Source of the DNA: Clostridia bacterium
GTDB taxonomy: Bacteria > Bacillota > Clostridia > TANB77 > CAG-508
Direction of reading: 5' to 3'
Assembly (NCBI GenBank): GCA_017409455.1
Contig: JAFQSS010000028.1
Coordinates: forward strand, 11,007-75,006
Length of the DNA stretch: 64,000 bases
The translations under genes were made by a program, and so were the position numbers. The notes under the pieces were generated by a model. That model saw only the letters and a list, made by a program, of their open reading frames with translations. It did no database searches and was not told the origin of the DNA. Shown one piece after another: positions 10,281-23,214 of this stretch (positions are counted from its first letter, which is position 1; each line of letters starts with the position of its first letter).

Positions 10281-10865
10281 TCAAATAGTGCTTTTTATTT
10301 TATGCATATCCTCTTTTTCTAAAATCTTTAATACCCTTGGTCTATTATATCTTTGAATAATAATAAATTGACTATCAAAAATCATAGCAGCAATCGCTGA
10401 TATCACAAATGCCCATGTTCTTCCCCATGGAATTATGAACAATAAAGTTGATAATGAAATCGCTTCATTTATCCAATGATCTAGTTCAGATTTCACCATA
10501 GTATTTGCAATTTCTTCTAATGTGTGTTCTTTTAAAGAAAATGATTCTGGGTTATATGTTAAAGCTTTTCCCTTCCACTCTTTTACATGCAATAATTTAT
10601 ACAATCCTTTTTCAAAATTTTTTTCTTTAAACCACCATTGCTGATAATTTATATGTTTCTTAAATAATTTAGAAAGATTTCCCATGATAATTCTTACCCA
10701 AAAATGATACATTATTGTAAATGCTATTATTCCTATCCATAAAATCATTTCAGTTCTACATATATTCCCATAATATAAATAAAAACAAATTATTGACGCT
10801 ATTAGTGTGATACCAATTACACAATACATAAATATTGCTGGACCGCTTTTTTTAGGTTTGCTCAT
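10281..10865 (-). CDS. CrtO-like (glycosyl-4,4'-diaponeurosporenoate acyltransferase family) membrane protein
   Basis: GGAGG RBS before MSKPKK; TM helices; C-terminal IIIQRYNRPRV and EWKGK motifs resemble staphylococcal CrtO (IVQRYNRPRL), recalled from memory. Confidence 0.55.
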   Translation of the reverse strand: MSKPKKSGPAIFMYCVIGITLIASIICFYLYYGNICRTEMILWIGIIAFTIMYHFWVRIIMGNLSKLFKKHINYQQWWFKEKNFEKGLYKLLHVKEWKGKALTYNPESFSLKEHTLEEIANTMVKSELDHWINEAISLSTLLFIIPWGRTWAFVISAIAAMIFDSQFIIIQRYNRPRVLKILEKEDMHKIKSTI

Positions 10866-10966
10866 ATTTACCTCCAAATTAAAAAACTATCACTTACAAT
10901 ATACCACAAATTTCGACAAAAGAAAAGCACTATTTCAATATAGTGCTTTTTCTCTTATTTAAATTT

Positions 10967-11617
10967 TTAGAATTTAAAAGTAAATTTAACTGTTTGTGGT
11001 GTTTCATCATTATAATTTTCTTTAAAGTCTAAATAATAATCAAATGTGTTATTTGAATCAGTAACTATATCATCTGGTACTGAAACCCAAACATAACATG
11101 TGATTGTTTGTAATGATTTAGGAGATGAATAGAAATCATCATCTGTTTCTGATGCGAAAGAAATATTTACATTAGGATATTCATACTTATCATTTAATTT
11201 CAATTTTCCTTCGAAATTACTAAAATCATCAAATGTTGTTGTTAATAAATTTTTGAAAGTTCCTTTTAAAACAATGTATTTTTCGCCATCTTTATCTTGA
11301 TAATATGAGTAAACACCATCAATATCTGGTGGTTTTATTTCATCCATCACAGATACACTTGTAAAAGTTATTTCTGCCATATCTGGAACTACCACTAATT
11401 CATTTAAATTAGCTACTATGTAATCTTTCTTTTTTTCTTCTGTTTTGTTAGTTGTACCTTGATTTAGTTGTTCTTGATTATTTTGTAATTCACCTTGATT
11501 TATATTTTCTTGCTCATTTTTCTCAAAAACCATGGCTAATAGTATCACAATAATTACTATACATATTCCTATAATAAGTCCACTTTTATTTCCCTTTTTC
11601 ACTTCATTTTCATTCAT
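10967..11617 (-). CDS. hypothetical membrane-anchored extracellular protein
   Basis: 216 aa; N-terminal TM, Gln/Asn-rich linker and a beta-rich C-terminal domain. Confidence 0.5.
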   Translation of the reverse strand: MNENEVKKGNKSGLIIGICIVIIVILLAMVFEKNEQENINQGELQNNQEQLNQGTTNKTEEKKKDYIVANLNELVVVPDMAEITFTSVSVMDEIKPPDIDGVYSYYQDKDGEKYIVLKGTFKNLLTTTFDDFSNFEGKLKLNDKYEYPNVNISFASETDDDFYSSPKSLQTITCYVWVSVPDDIVTDSNNTFDYYLDFKENYNDETPQTVKFTFKF

Positions 11618-11741
11618 TATAATATCCCCCCTTTCAAAAATTTACTTTATAGATTTTTTCTACAATTGAATTATATTATACCTTAATTTATATTTCAAGT
11701 AATTTTTTATTTTTCTCTAATAGCTTATTACGATCAAATAA

Positions 11742-13073
11742 CTATGCATAATTATATTTTTTCCTATTACTAATCAAGAAAATTCCACTCACAATTACAG
11801 CTAAAATTTCAGCCACTACAACAGACAGCCATAAACCATCAAGTCCTAAAAGTAATGGTAGTACAAATATCATGACTATTTGGAATAGTAATGTTCTTAA
11901 ACAAGATATTGCAGCAGATACCACCCCATTGTTTAAAGCTGTAAAAAATGATGATGCAAAAATATTTAATCCACTAATTAAATAAGATAATGAAAATAGT
12001 CTTATTGCTCTTGTTGTTAATTCAAGTAACTCTATATCATAACTTACAAATACCGATGCTAATAGTTTTGATAATAATTCTGCAAGTAAAGTCATAACAA
12101 TAGATGTAATACATATTAATTTCAAGCTTTTCTTTAACAAATTTTTTAATTCATCTGTATTTTCAGCACCATAATGATAACCTATAATTGGTGCAGTTCC
12201 TATAGAATATCCTAAATATGTTCCTACAAATATAAATCCTATATACATTATAACTCCATAGGCAACAACTCCATCTGCACCTGCATATTTCATTAGTTGC
12301 ATATTAAACAATACATTTACCAATGACATTGATAAATTTGTTAACATTTCAGATGAACCATTTACACAGGTTTGTCCAATTGCTTTCCAGTTAAATTTGG
12401 CTTTCTTAAATCTTAGAGGGCTATTATTTTTGCAAACAAAATAAATAAGTGGAATCATACCACCAACTAATTGACTTATTCCTGTTGCTAATGCTGCACC
12501 AAATATACCTAATTTAAACACATACATAAACAAAAAGTCTAAAACCATATTTGTTATTCCTGCACAAATAGAAATTATTAGTCCAAATGTTGGTTTTTCT
12601 GCTACTATTATAAAACTTTGAAAACAGTTTTGTAATACAAACGGAACTAAAAATATTAGTAGAGTTTTTCCATAAGTTGTACAATATTCTAACATACTTT
12701 CATTTGCTCCCAGCATCTTTGCAATTGGTTCAACTAAAGGTATTCCTATTATTGTAAATATAAAACTTATGATAATTAACAAATATATTAGCATAGAGAA
12801 ATATTCTTTTGCTTTTTCTTTATTTCCTTCACCAATTGTTTTTGAAACAATTGCACTACCTCCTGTTCCTATCATAAATCCTATTGTTCCTAATATCATT
12901 AATGCAGGCATTATTAAGTTTACTGCTGCAAACGCATCTGAACCCACAAAGTTTGATACAAATATTCCATCAACTATTCCATAAATTGATGTAAATATCA
13001 TCATTATAATTGTTGGTATTGTAAATCTAATTAATTTTTTATATGTGAAATGTTCTGATAATCCTATTGTCAC
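11742..13073 (-). CDS. MATE family efflux transporter
   Basis: 443 aa with 12 TM helices; N-terminal FTIPTIIMMIFTSIYGIVDGIFVS is typical of MATE/NorM. Confidence 0.85.
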   Translation of the reverse strand: MTIGLSEHFTYKKLIRFTIPTIIMMIFTSIYGIVDGIFVSNFVGSDAFAAVNLIMPALMILGTIGFMIGTGGSAIVSKTIGEGNKEKAKEYFSMLIYLLIIISFIFTIIGIPLVEPIAKMLGANESMLEYCTTYGKTLLIFLVPFVLQNCFQSFIIVAEKPTFGLIISICAGITNMVLDFLFMYVFKLGIFGAALATGISQLVGGMIPLIYFVCKNNSPLRFKKAKFNWKAIGQTCVNGSSEMLTNLSMSLVNVLFNMQLMKYAGADGVVAYGVIMYIGFIFVGTYLGYSIGTAPIIGYHYGAENTDELKNLLKKSLKLICITSIVMTLLAELLSKLLASVFVSYDIELLELTTRAIRLFSLSYLISGLNIFASSFFTALNNGVVSAAISCLRTLLFQIVMIFVLPLLLGLDGLWLSVVVAEILAVIVSGIFLISNRKKYNYA

Positions 13074-13163
13074 TTTTTTTCCTCCAAACTAATTTTGTAT
13101 ATTTATGCATCTAAAAGAGCTCTATTATTTTTTATAAATAACTGAGCTCTCTCACTATTTTTA

Positions 13164-14228
13164 TTACATATTATTTTTCAATTCTTTTTTATATTGTTTA
13201 AATGCTTTTCTATTTTCAGGACTATATCCTTTTAAGCAATCTGTTGGTACCTTTTCACAGATTTTATTTAAAATTCCTATAAACTCTTCTGTTGGTGCCC
13301 CTTTTATTTCTACACACCCTACTTTTGTTTTTCCATCTTTTAAATATACTATTAAATTAGAAGATGCCGTTATTCCATATGTCTTTACATTATGAATATG
13401 TATCCATTTTACATCTGAATATTTAAATGCAACAAGTGCTCCATATTTTATATCCACAAAAAAGTCTTTTGTTAATATTACTTTATCTTTATAATGTTTT
13501 TCTTCTACAAAATCGTCTAATTGACGCGCTAAGTCTTCTTCATATTCATTTTTCTTTAAGTATTTTTTTACTCTACTTTTTTCTATTGACATAGCTATGT
13601 GCACTATAGCAATTATAAATATTGCACATACTGCAGCAAACATTATTAATACTTGCCAACTTGTATCAACTGCTTCTCTTCTTACATTTAATAATACACT
13701 TCCGAAATAAAGTTCAAATTCATCTTCACTTATTTGATATTCTTCACTTATTCCTTCATTATAATAATCTAAAACCATTGTTTTTAATTCACTTGGTATT
13801 GATTCTGTCATTCCATAAATTGTTACCGGTTCTGGTTCAACAGGGTTTTCTTCAGTAGAAAATGTATAATCTTGCCATGGTTTTAATAAATCTATTGTAT
13901 CAAAATCTAAATCAACAATATACATATATCCTTCATTAAACGCGATATAATATCTGTCATTTTCAGAACTATATTCATTTTCTACATCTCCATATATTGC
14001 AACTTCATCTGATAATCCTTGTACATTAAAATATGCATATTGTTCTGTCGCCATTCCAACAGCTCCATCTGTTGTAAAATCTATTGGTTCTGGAGTTTCA
14101 TTTTCAATTCTATAGTTTATCCAAAATACTGCTCCAACTATCGCTAAAATGCAAATTACATATCCCAAAATTATCCATTTAGCTGTTTTTTTACCTCTTT
14201 TTACAATTTGTTCTCCATTCATTTCCAT
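13164..14228 (-). CDS. hypothetical membrane protein
   Basis: About 354 aa; two TM segments flank an acidic extracellular region, followed by a C-terminal cytoplasmic domain; GGGGGA RBS before ATG 14228. Confidence 0.5.
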   Translation of the reverse strand: MEMNGEQIVKRGKKTAKWIILGYVICILAIVGAVFWINYRIENETPEPIDFTTDGAVGMATEQYAYFNVQGLSDEVAIYGDVENEYSSENDRYYIAFNEGYMYIVDLDFDTIDLLKPWQDYTFSTEENPVEPEPVTIYGMTESIPSELKTMVLDYYNEGISEEYQISEDEFELYFGSVLLNVRREAVDTSWQVLIMFAAVCAIFIIAIVHIAMSIEKSRVKKYLKKNEYEEDLARQLDDFVEEKHYKDKVILTKDFFVDIKYGALVAFKYSDVKWIHIHNVKTYGITASSNLIVYLKDGKTKVGCVEIKGAPTEEFIGILNKICEKVPTDCLKGYSPENRKAFKQYKKELKNNM

Positions 14229-14254
14229 AACCAATATCCCCCTTTAATTAACAA

Positions 14255-14512
14255 TTAATATGCTTTTCTATATAAAAATATTGCTATTGCCATTCCTATT
14301 ATGCTAGCAATATTTATATGTAATGCAAATGCAAATGTTAGACTTAAAACATTAAAATCTAATACAAAAGGATTTTCAATTCCGAATGTTTGTCCATACG
14401 ATAACCATCCCAGCCATTCAACTTGAGATGCAACTTCTCCTAATAGTCCTCCTATAACTAACCCTGCAAATATAAATAATATTACCATCCAATTTTTTTC
14501 TATTGTAGCCAT
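14255..14512 (-). CDS. small membrane protein (DUF4321-like)
   Basis: 85 aa; two or three hydrophobic helices, GGLLGEV motif. Confidence 0.5.
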   Translation of the reverse strand: MATIEKNWMVILFIFAGLVIGGLLGEVASQVEWLGWLSYGQTFGIENPFVLDFNVLSLTFAFALHINIASIIGMAIAIFLYRKAY

Positions 14513-14539
14513 TTTTATTCCTCCATCTTCTCTTATATT

Positions 14540-15853
14540 TTATCTTTCTGTACTTTCTAACCATTCTTCTATATTTATTACTTTTTCATTATTATGGTAT
14601 GTCATGAAAAATTCATTTTTCTCTGTTGTTAAGTTAGATTTTATATATACTGAATTTAGTGTATTATCTGGAACTAATTGTTCTCCGCTAGATGTAATTA
14701 AAGTATAGTATTTATCTTTTTCAACTACTATAATTCTGTGGCTTGGTACAACCAATGCTGCATATGAATTACTTACAGGCAATGTGCTACATCCTACTCC
14801 AGTATATTTAAAATCTGTTATTTTTTCACCTTTTATATTAAAAAATCCCCATAGACCTTCATTATTTTTTATTGGTATTATTTCATTTAGTAAAACAAAT
14901 GAATTTTCAACTCCATTTTGAGTATATCTATCTATATCTATCCCAATTTGTTTATACTCTGGTTCTATTATAGTATCTCCATTAATATTTATTACACCAA
15001 ATGAGCCATTCTGTTCTACTAAATATAATCCATTTTGGTTATCCATAGTTTGTATATTATCATATAGAGTTTTTACTTTTACCGTTGCATCTTTTGTTAC
15101 AATACCATATTTTCCATTACTTTTTACAACAAAATCAGTTGTTACTGGTAAATATCTAATTTGTTCATATTTTGATTCTAATATCGCATTTCCTTTTTCT
15201 ATATCTATAACTCCATATTTATTATCATTTTTTATTATAATCATATTTTCAAATATTGCCTTTTTATCTGTAAATTCTTCAGAATATTCTTCTATTTTTA
15301 AATGTGTTGTCCAATAATTTATTAAGTAATCCATTGAAAATATACTAATATTTTTGAATCCTTCATCTACAGAAAACATAACATTAAATGCATTTTCAAT
15401 ACCATCTATTGTTGTATATAGTTCACCATTTTTTTCAAATACTGCTTTATCTAATGTTACATATTCAATTTCCGAATTTTGAGCTACTTTTATTAATTTA
15501 TCTGAATCTTTAGTGAACATCGCTATTTCATTTTCACTTATAATATGACATTTTGTTTTATCTTCAGATTTATTTAAATAATCTCCATTAAATCCTTCAT
15601 ACCCCAAAATTGGTGCAATCTTTAATATTGGTATGTATAGTTGTGAACCTTGTTCTGTTGATTCTATATAAAGTATTTCTTCGATTTTATTGTTGCTTAT
15701 TCCATCTATTTCTATTGTTGTTATTGAATTTTTTAAATAGATTATTCCAAAAATAATTAGTATTGTTAGCACTATTAATATTGCTATACAAATCCCTATA
15801 ATCATAGGTATTTTTGATTTTTTCTCATTTATGTTTTCATCATACAACTCCAT
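14540..15853 (-). CDS. WG-repeat (KWG-type) containing membrane-anchored protein
   Basis: 437 aa; N-terminal TM; repeated YGVID.../KYGIVTKD/SFGVININGDTIIEPEYKQI/GLWGFFNIKGEKITDFKY units. Confidence 0.7.
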   Translation of the reverse strand: MELYDENINEKKSKIPMIIGICIAILIVLTILIIFGIIYLKNSITTIEIDGISNNKIEEILYIESTEQGSQLYIPILKIAPILGYEGFNGDYLNKSEDKTKCHIISENEIAMFTKDSDKLIKVAQNSEIEYVTLDKAVFEKNGELYTTIDGIENAFNVMFSVDEGFKNISIFSMDYLINYWTTHLKIEEYSEEFTDKKAIFENMIIIKNDNKYGVIDIEKGNAILESKYEQIRYLPVTTDFVVKSNGKYGIVTKDATVKVKTLYDNIQTMDNQNGLYLVEQNGSFGVININGDTIIEPEYKQIGIDIDRYTQNGVENSFVLLNEIIPIKNNEGLWGFFNIKGEKITDFKYTGVGCSTLPVSNSYAALVVPSHRIIVVEKDKYYTLITSSGEQLVPDNTLNSVYIKSNLTTEKNEFFMTYHNNEKVINIEEWLESTER

Positions 15854-15864
15854 GGATTTTCCTC

Positions 15865-18041
<2,177 letters not shown>

Positions 18042-18053
18042 TTGTATTCTCCT

Positions 18054-19079
18054 TTATTGAATAAACATCGCATCTCCAAAACTAAAAAATCTATATTCTC
18101 TTTGTACTGCTTCTTTATATGCATTCATTACATATTCTTTCCCTGCTAATGCAGATACTAACATTAATAATGTTGATTCTGGTAAATGGAAATTTGTTAT
18201 AAGTCCATCTATACATTTAAATTTATAACCAGGATAAATAAAAATGCTTGTATCTCCTTCAGTAGCCTCTACTTGTCCGTTTTCTTGTGATGCAATAGAT
18301 TCTAATACTCTACATGAGGTAGTCCCTACTGCAATTACTCTTTTTCCGTTATTTTTTGCTTCATTTATTTTGTCTACATCTTCTTGTTTTATATAGTAAT
18401 GTTCTGAGTGCATATCATGTTCTTCTATATTTTCAACTTTTACTGGTCTAAATGTTCCTATTCCTACATGTAAAGTTACATTTGCTATTTTTACACCTTT
18501 TACTTCCAATTTTTGTAGTAATTCATCTGTAAAGTGTAATCCTGCTGTTGGTGCAGCCGCAGACCCTTCGTGTTTCGCATATACTGTTTGATATCTATCA
18601 TTTTGTTTTAGTTCTTCATGTATATATGGTGGTAATGGCATTAAACCTATTTGATCTAATATCTCATTAAATATTCCTTGATATTTAAATTTTACTTTTC
18701 TTGTTCCTCCTGGCATTGTATCTATTATTTCCGCTTCTAATAAGCCATTTCCAAATATTACTTTTGTTCCTACATGAAGTTTGTTTCCTGGTCTTACTAT
18801 ACTTTCCCAGACGTCTCCTTCAATTCTGTTTAGTAATAAAAATTCTACATGTGCCCCTGTTTCTTTTTCTCCATATAACCTTGCTGGTAATACTTTGGTG
18901 TTGTTTCTTACTAAACAGTCTCCTGGTTGTAAATAATCTATTATATCTTTGAAAGTTTTGTGTTGTATCGTTTGTTGTTCTCTGTCTAATATCATTAATC
19001 TTGATTCATCTCTTTTTTCTATTGGTACTTGTGCTATTAGCCTTTCTGGTAGCTCATAATTAAATTCTGATACTTTCAA
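18054..19079 (-). CDS. queA: S-adenosylmethionine:tRNA ribosyltransferase-isomerase
   Basis: 341 aa; [13 protein letters not shown]...[27 protein letters not shown]. Confidence 0.95.
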   Translation of the reverse strand: MKVSEFNYELPERLIAQVPIEKRDESRLMILDREQQTIQHKTFKDIIDYLQPGDCLVRNNTKVLPARLYGEKETGAHVEFLLLNRIEGDVWESIVRPGNKLHVGTKVIFGNGLLEAEIIDTMPGGTRKVKFKYQGIFNEILDQIGLMPLPPYIHEELKQNDRYQTVYAKHEGSAAAPTAGLHFTDELLQKLEVKGVKIANVTLHVGIGTFRPVKVENIEEHDMHSEHYYIKQEDVDKINEAKNNGKRVIAVGTTSCRVLESIASQENGQVEATEGDTSIFIYPGYKFKCIDGLITNFHLPESTLLMLVSALAGKEYVMNAYKEAVQREYRFFSFGDAMFIQ

Positions 19080-19214
19080 TTTTCTCCCTCTTTTCTACGT
19101 ATCTATTGTACTATTTTTTACATAAAATTGCAAGATTTGCAAAAAAAATAATACCTAATTCATTGAATTAAATATTATTTCTAATTTTGATTGGTATACT
19201 TTATAATTTTTTCT

Positions 19215-19541
19215 TTAAACTATTTTTTTCATTTTTTCTGCATTTTTATCTTTAAGTTGTTTTGAAATTGCCAAGTCATAGTCTATTAATGTGTCTAATA
19301 AAAATTTTCTATCTGCTTTTCTATTAGACTCATATTTTTCCCAACGCTTCTCGTTTTCTTCCCAGCGTTTATCATTTTCTTCCCAACGTTTATCATTTTC
19401 TTTCCATCTTCTTAAGTTTTCTTGCCAATGCGATTCTTCTATCTCTCTGCTTTTTTGTATTTCTCTTCTGTTTTCTTTCACCTCATCTTTTAAGTCATTG
19501 ACTATTTTTAATATTTGTACTAACATATCATTACTACTCAT
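19215..19541 (-). CDS. hypothetical coiled-coil protein with (E/K)ENDKRW heptad repeats
   Basis: 108 aa; own TTGACA-18-TATAAT promoter; contains a 21-bp tandem DNA repeat. Confidence 0.6.
   Translation of the reverse strand: MSSNDMLVQILKIVNDLKDEVKENRREIQKSREIEESHWQENLRRWKENDKRWEENDKRWEENEKRWEKYESNRKADRKFLLDTLIDYDLAISKQLKDKNAEKMKKIV
19338..19421 (-). repeat. 21-bp tandem repeat, about 4 units, in-frame inside a CDS
   Basis: ttcccaacgcttctcgttttc / ttcccagcgtttatcattttc / ttcccaacgtttatcattttc / degenerate 4th unit; encodes RWEENDK heptads. Confidence 0.8.
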
Positions 19542-19659
19542 AAAAGTTCCTCCTTTGATAAATTAAATATTGATTTCTACTGCTTTATGAATTAAATTTT
19601 TTTGATTTAAATTATAAATGAATATAGTATACCAAGAATGTTGTGCTAAAAGAAAAAAA

Positions 19660-19689
19660 TAGAAACACAACATTAAAATTATGTTTCTA
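19660..19689 (-). terminator. rho-independent terminator of ileS
   Basis: tagaaaca(14-nt loop)tgtttcta hairpin followed by a T-run on the minus strand, about 50 nt after the ileS stop. Confidence 0.6.
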
Positions 19690-19733
19690 TTATATTATTA
19701 CATTTTGCTTATGTCAAGATAAATCGTTCGACA
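19689..19733 (-). promoter_or_regulatory. sigma-A-type promoter (TTGACA-18-TATAAT) with an abutting Spo0A box (TGTCGAA)
   Basis: Minus strand reads TGTCGAACGATTTATCTTGACA...TATAAT upstream of 19215..19541; the 22-nt module recurs at 63451..63472. Confidence 0.45.
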
Positions 19734-19736
19734 AAT

Positions 19737-22700
19737 TTAGATTACTTCAACATCAAGCATTAATTTTTCTCCATTTATAGTAACTTCTGTATAAGCATCT
19801 CTTTTTTCATTATATAACACTTTTTCTGTTAAAGTTTCTTTCATTATTTCATTTTCATATTTTTTAACAATTGCTTCTAGCATTGCATTTTCTGCAACAT
19901 ATAAGTTGATTTTATCTAATACTTCAAAACCTTTATCTTTTCTCATATTTTGAACTTTAGATAGAATTTCTCTTACATATCCTTCTTCTTTAAGTTCTGG
20001 TGTTATTGTAGTATCTAGAACTACACCAATTTCACCTTCACCAGCAAATGCAAATCCTTCTTTTCCTTGCATTGTTACAAGTAAGTTTTCTGATGTTAAA
20101 GCTATTTGTGTATCTTCTATTTCTATATATTCTGTTCCACCATTTTTAACCTTATTTGCTAAATCCATTTGATTTAAGTTAGCTATTACTGCTCTTATTT
20201 GTGGAATTAGTTTACCATATTCTTTTCCAAGAACTGGTAAGTTTGGTTTTATTTCAAAGTGAACATATTCAGACATATTTGCACCTAATTCTACTTCTTT
20301 AACATTTAATTCTTCTTTTACAATGTTTCCATAGTATTCAGGTAATGTATCTGCTGATATTAACATTTTTGAAAGTGGTTGTCTGTTTTTCATATTTGAG
20401 GCATTTCTTGCACTTCTTCCAAGTTTTACTATTGAATATGCTAATCCCATTTCATTTTCTAATTTTGTGTCTATTTCACTTTCATTTACTTCTGGCCATA
20501 AACATAAGTGTACACTTTCAGGGGCTTTTTCATCTAAGCTAACTACCAAGTTTTGATAGATTTCATCAGCCATAAATGGTACAAATGGTGCTGCAATTTT
20601 TACTAAGTTTGTTAATACTCTATATAATGTTGTATATGCACCGATTTTGTCATCAGTTAATTCTTCTCCCCAGAATCTTTCTCTATTTGTACGTACATAC
20701 CAATTTGAAAGTTCATCTGTGAATTCTCCTATTTGAATTGCTGCTCCTGTGATATCATATTTTTCTAATTTTTCATCTACTTCTTTAGTTAATGTATTTA
20801 GTTTTGATAAAATCCATTTATCCATTATGTTGTCTGACTTGAAGTCTGCATATTTATTTGGATTGAATTGATCAATTTCTGCATATAAAACATAGAATGA
20901 ATATACATTCCACAATGTACTTAAAAATCCTCTTTGTGTTTCTAGAACATTGTTTAGTCCTAGTCTTGTTGGTAACCATGGGCTACTGCATGTATAGAAA
21001 TGCCATCTTGTAGCATCTGCTCCTACTTCATCTAATAATGTCATTGGGTCTACACCGTTTCCTTTTGATTTAGACATTTTTTGTCCTTTTTCATCTAAAA
21101 CGTGTCCTAAAACTATACAGTTTTCATATGATGATTTATCAAATAAACATGTTGATATTGCAAGTAATGTGTAAAACCATCCTCTTGTTTGGTCAATTGC
21201 TTCTGAAATGAATTGTGCTGGGAAGTTCTTTTCAAATAATTCTTTATTTTCAAATGGATAGTGTAATTGTGCAAATGGCATTGAACCTGAGTCAAACCAG
21301 CAGTCTATTACTTCTTTGAATCTTTCCATTTCTTTTCCACATTCAGAACATTTTAAATGAACATTGTCTATATATGGTTTGTGTAATTCAATTTCTTCTG
21401 GACAATCTACTGCTTTCTCTTTTAATTCTGCTATTGAGCCTATACACTCTTCGTGTCCACATTCACATTTCCATACTGGTAATGGTGTTCCCCAATATCT
21501 GTCTCTTGAAATTCCCCAATCTATTACTCCTTCAAGGAATTTACCAAATCTTCCTGTTCTAATTGTATCGGGATACCATTTTATTGTATTGTTGTTTTCA
21601 ACTAATCTATCTCTTAGTTTTGTCATTGCAACAAACCAACTCTCTTTTGGATAATATAGAAGTGGTGTGTCACATCTCCAACAATGTGGATATGAGTGTA
21701 AATGTTTTTCTTTAGAGAATAATTTATTTTGTTCCGCCATCCATTTACAAATATCTTCATTACAATCTCTTACAAATCTTCCTGCCCATGGTTCTACTTC
21801 TTCAACAAATTTTCCTGCTTTGTCTACTAAGTTTACAAATGCAATTCCATTTTGTTTTGAAACTAAACTGTCATCTTCACCATATGCTGGTGCAATGTGT
21901 ACAATTCCTGTACCATCTTCTAATGTTACATAGTCTCCATGAATTACTTCAAATGCTTTTCCATCTACTTTTGCAAATGGCATTAATTGTTCATATTTTG
22001 TTCCTAAAAGTTCTGCCCCTTTAAATTCTTTTACAATTTCATAAGGTGTTTCTTTTAACACATTTGTTAATAAATCTTTAGCTAAAATATAGTTTTCATA
22101 TTTTGGCTCATCATCTGTTCCAATATTTGCCTTTACTTCAACATATGTATATGCTTTGTTTACACATAATGCTAAGTTTGATGGTAATGTCCATGGTGTT
22201 GTTGTCCAAGCTAAGATAAATGTATTCTCTCTATCTAACACTGTAAATTTTGCAACACAAGTCATATCTTTTACATCTTTATAACCTTGTGCAACTTCAT
22301 GTGAAGATAATGCTGTTCCACATCTTGGACAATATGGCATTACTTTATGGCCTTCATATAATAAACCTTTTTTCCACATTTCTTTTAAAGCCCACCATAC
22401 TGATTCTATATAATCATTATGATATGTTACATATGGATTTTCCATATCAACCCAATATCCAACTTTGTTTGTCATTTCTTCCCACATTTTTACATATGTG
22501 AATACACTTTCTTTACATTCTTTTACGAACTTTTCTACACCATATGCTTCGATTTGTTCTTTTCCTGATATTCCTAATTTTTTCTCTATTTCTAGTTCAA
22601 CAGGTAAACCATGTGTATCCCATCCTGCTTTTCTGTCTACATGGTATCCTTTCATTACCTTGTATCTTGGGATAATGTCTTTCATTACCCTTGTTTCAAT

Positions 22701-22874
22701 GTGGCCGACATGTGGCTTTCCATTTGCAGTTGGTGGTCCATCATAAAATGTGAAATATCTCTGACCTTTGTTCATGTCAAAGTTCTTTTTTACGATGTCT
22801 TTTTTCTTCCACATTTCTGCAACTTCTCTTTCCATTCCTACAAATCCATTTTTCAATTCAACTTTTTTGTACAT
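19737..22874 (-). CDS. ileS: isoleucine--tRNA ligase (long, type 2 form)
   Basis: 1045 aa; class I HIGH-type motif ([11 protein letters not shown]) and KMSKSKGN; CP1 editing domain; Zn-ribbon cysteines. Confidence 0.95.
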   Translation of the reverse strand: MYKKVELKNGFVGMEREVAEMWKKKDIVKKNFDMNKGQRYFTFYDGPPTANGKPHVGHIETRVMKDIIPRYKVMKGYHVDRKAGWDTHGLPVELEIEKKLGISGKEQIEAYGVEKFVKECKESVFTYVKMWEEMTNKVGYWVDMENPYVTYHNDYIESVWWALKEMWKKGLLYEGHKVMPYCPRCGTALSSHEVAQGYKDVKDMTCVAKFTVLDRENTFILAWTTTPWTLPSNLALCVNKAYTYVEVKANIGTDDEPKYENYILAKDLLTNVLKETPYEIVKEFKGAELLGTKYEQLMPFAKVDGKAFEVIHGDYVTLEDGTGIVHIAPAYGEDDSLVSKQNGIAFVNLVDKAGKFVEEVEPWAGRFVRDCNEDICKWMAEQNKLFSKEKHLHSYPHCWRCDTPLLYYPKESWFVAMTKLRDRLVENNNTIKWYPDTIRTGRFGKFLEGVIDWGISRDRYWGTPLPVWKCECGHEECIGSIAELKEKAVDCPEEIELHKPYIDNVHLKCSECGKEMERFKEVIDCWFDSGSMPFAQLHYPFENKELFEKNFPAQFISEAIDQTRGWFYTLLAISTCLFDKSSYENCIVLGHVLDEKGQKMSKSKGNGVDPMTLLDEVGADATRWHFYTCSSPWLPTRLGLNNVLETQRGFLSTLWNVYSFYVLYAEIDQFNPNKYADFKSDNIMDKWILSKLNTLTKEVDEKLEKYDITGAAIQIGEFTDELSNWYVRTNRERFWGEELTDDKIGAYTTLYRVLTNLVKIAAPFVPFMADEIYQNLVVSLDEKAPESVHLCLWPEVNESEIDTKLENEMGLAYSIVKLGRSARNASNMKNRQPLSKMLISADTLPEYYGNIVKEELNVKEVELGANMSEYVHFEIKPNLPVLGKEYGKLIPQIRAVIANLNQMDLANKVKNGGTEYIEIEDTQIALTSENLLVTMQGKEGFAFAGEGEIGVVLDTTITPELKEEGYVREILSKVQNMRKDKGFEVLDKINLYVAENAMLEAIVKKYENEIMKETLTEKVLYNEKRDAYTEVTINGEKLMLDVEVI

Positions 22875-22890
22875 ATTTATTCCTCCTTTT

Positions 22891-22959
22891 TTACCACGGG
22901 GACGGAGTTAATGGTAAATTTTTAGTTATTTTTTACCATTAAGACCGTCCCTCTGGTAA
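22891..22959. repeat. long inverted repeat built from two type-3 units (TTACCACGGGGACGGAG-TAATGGTAA)
   Basis: ttaccacggggacggagttaatggtaa ...15 nt... ttaccattaagaccgtccctctggtaa; the arms are near-perfect reverse complements; a third copy lies at 43022..43048. Confidence 0.85.
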
Positions 22960-22963
22960 ATTT

Positions 22964-23206
22964 TTATTTTACGCTTTTTATTTCTTGTAACTCAAATCTG
23001 TATTTTTGTGTTACATTTGGATATTTTTTGTGGTCTACTTCTGATAAAAACATTTCTTTTGGTCTTACCCATAATGAGCAATCATCATATAATTTTCTGT
23101 ATATAACCACTTCTTTTTGTGTTTCCGAATCTTTTGCAATATCTTCTACTAAGTAATAATCTCCTTTAAAATGTCTATAAATTCCGTTAATTTTTAATTC
23201 TTGCAT
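22964..23206 (-). CDS. DUF1653-family protein
   Basis: 80 aa; [11 protein letters not shown]...VIYRKLY...WVRPKEMF matches the DUF1653 pattern; lies between the T-box leader and ileS. Confidence 0.75.
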   Translation of the reverse strand: MQELKINGIYRHFKGDYYLVEDIAKDSETQKEVVIYRKLYDDCSLWVRPKEMFLSEVDHKKYPNVTQKYRFELQEIKSVK

Positions 23207-23214
23207 TTTTCAGA

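Noticed and set aside
10905-10915. Additional TGTCGAA (0A box) about 35 nt upstream of the CrtO-like gene, and one inside VR1 (49924..49930)
   Set aside because: Single 7-mers are expected by chance at this length. The VR1 copy is inside hypervariable coding sequence. Not enough support to call these regulatory sites.
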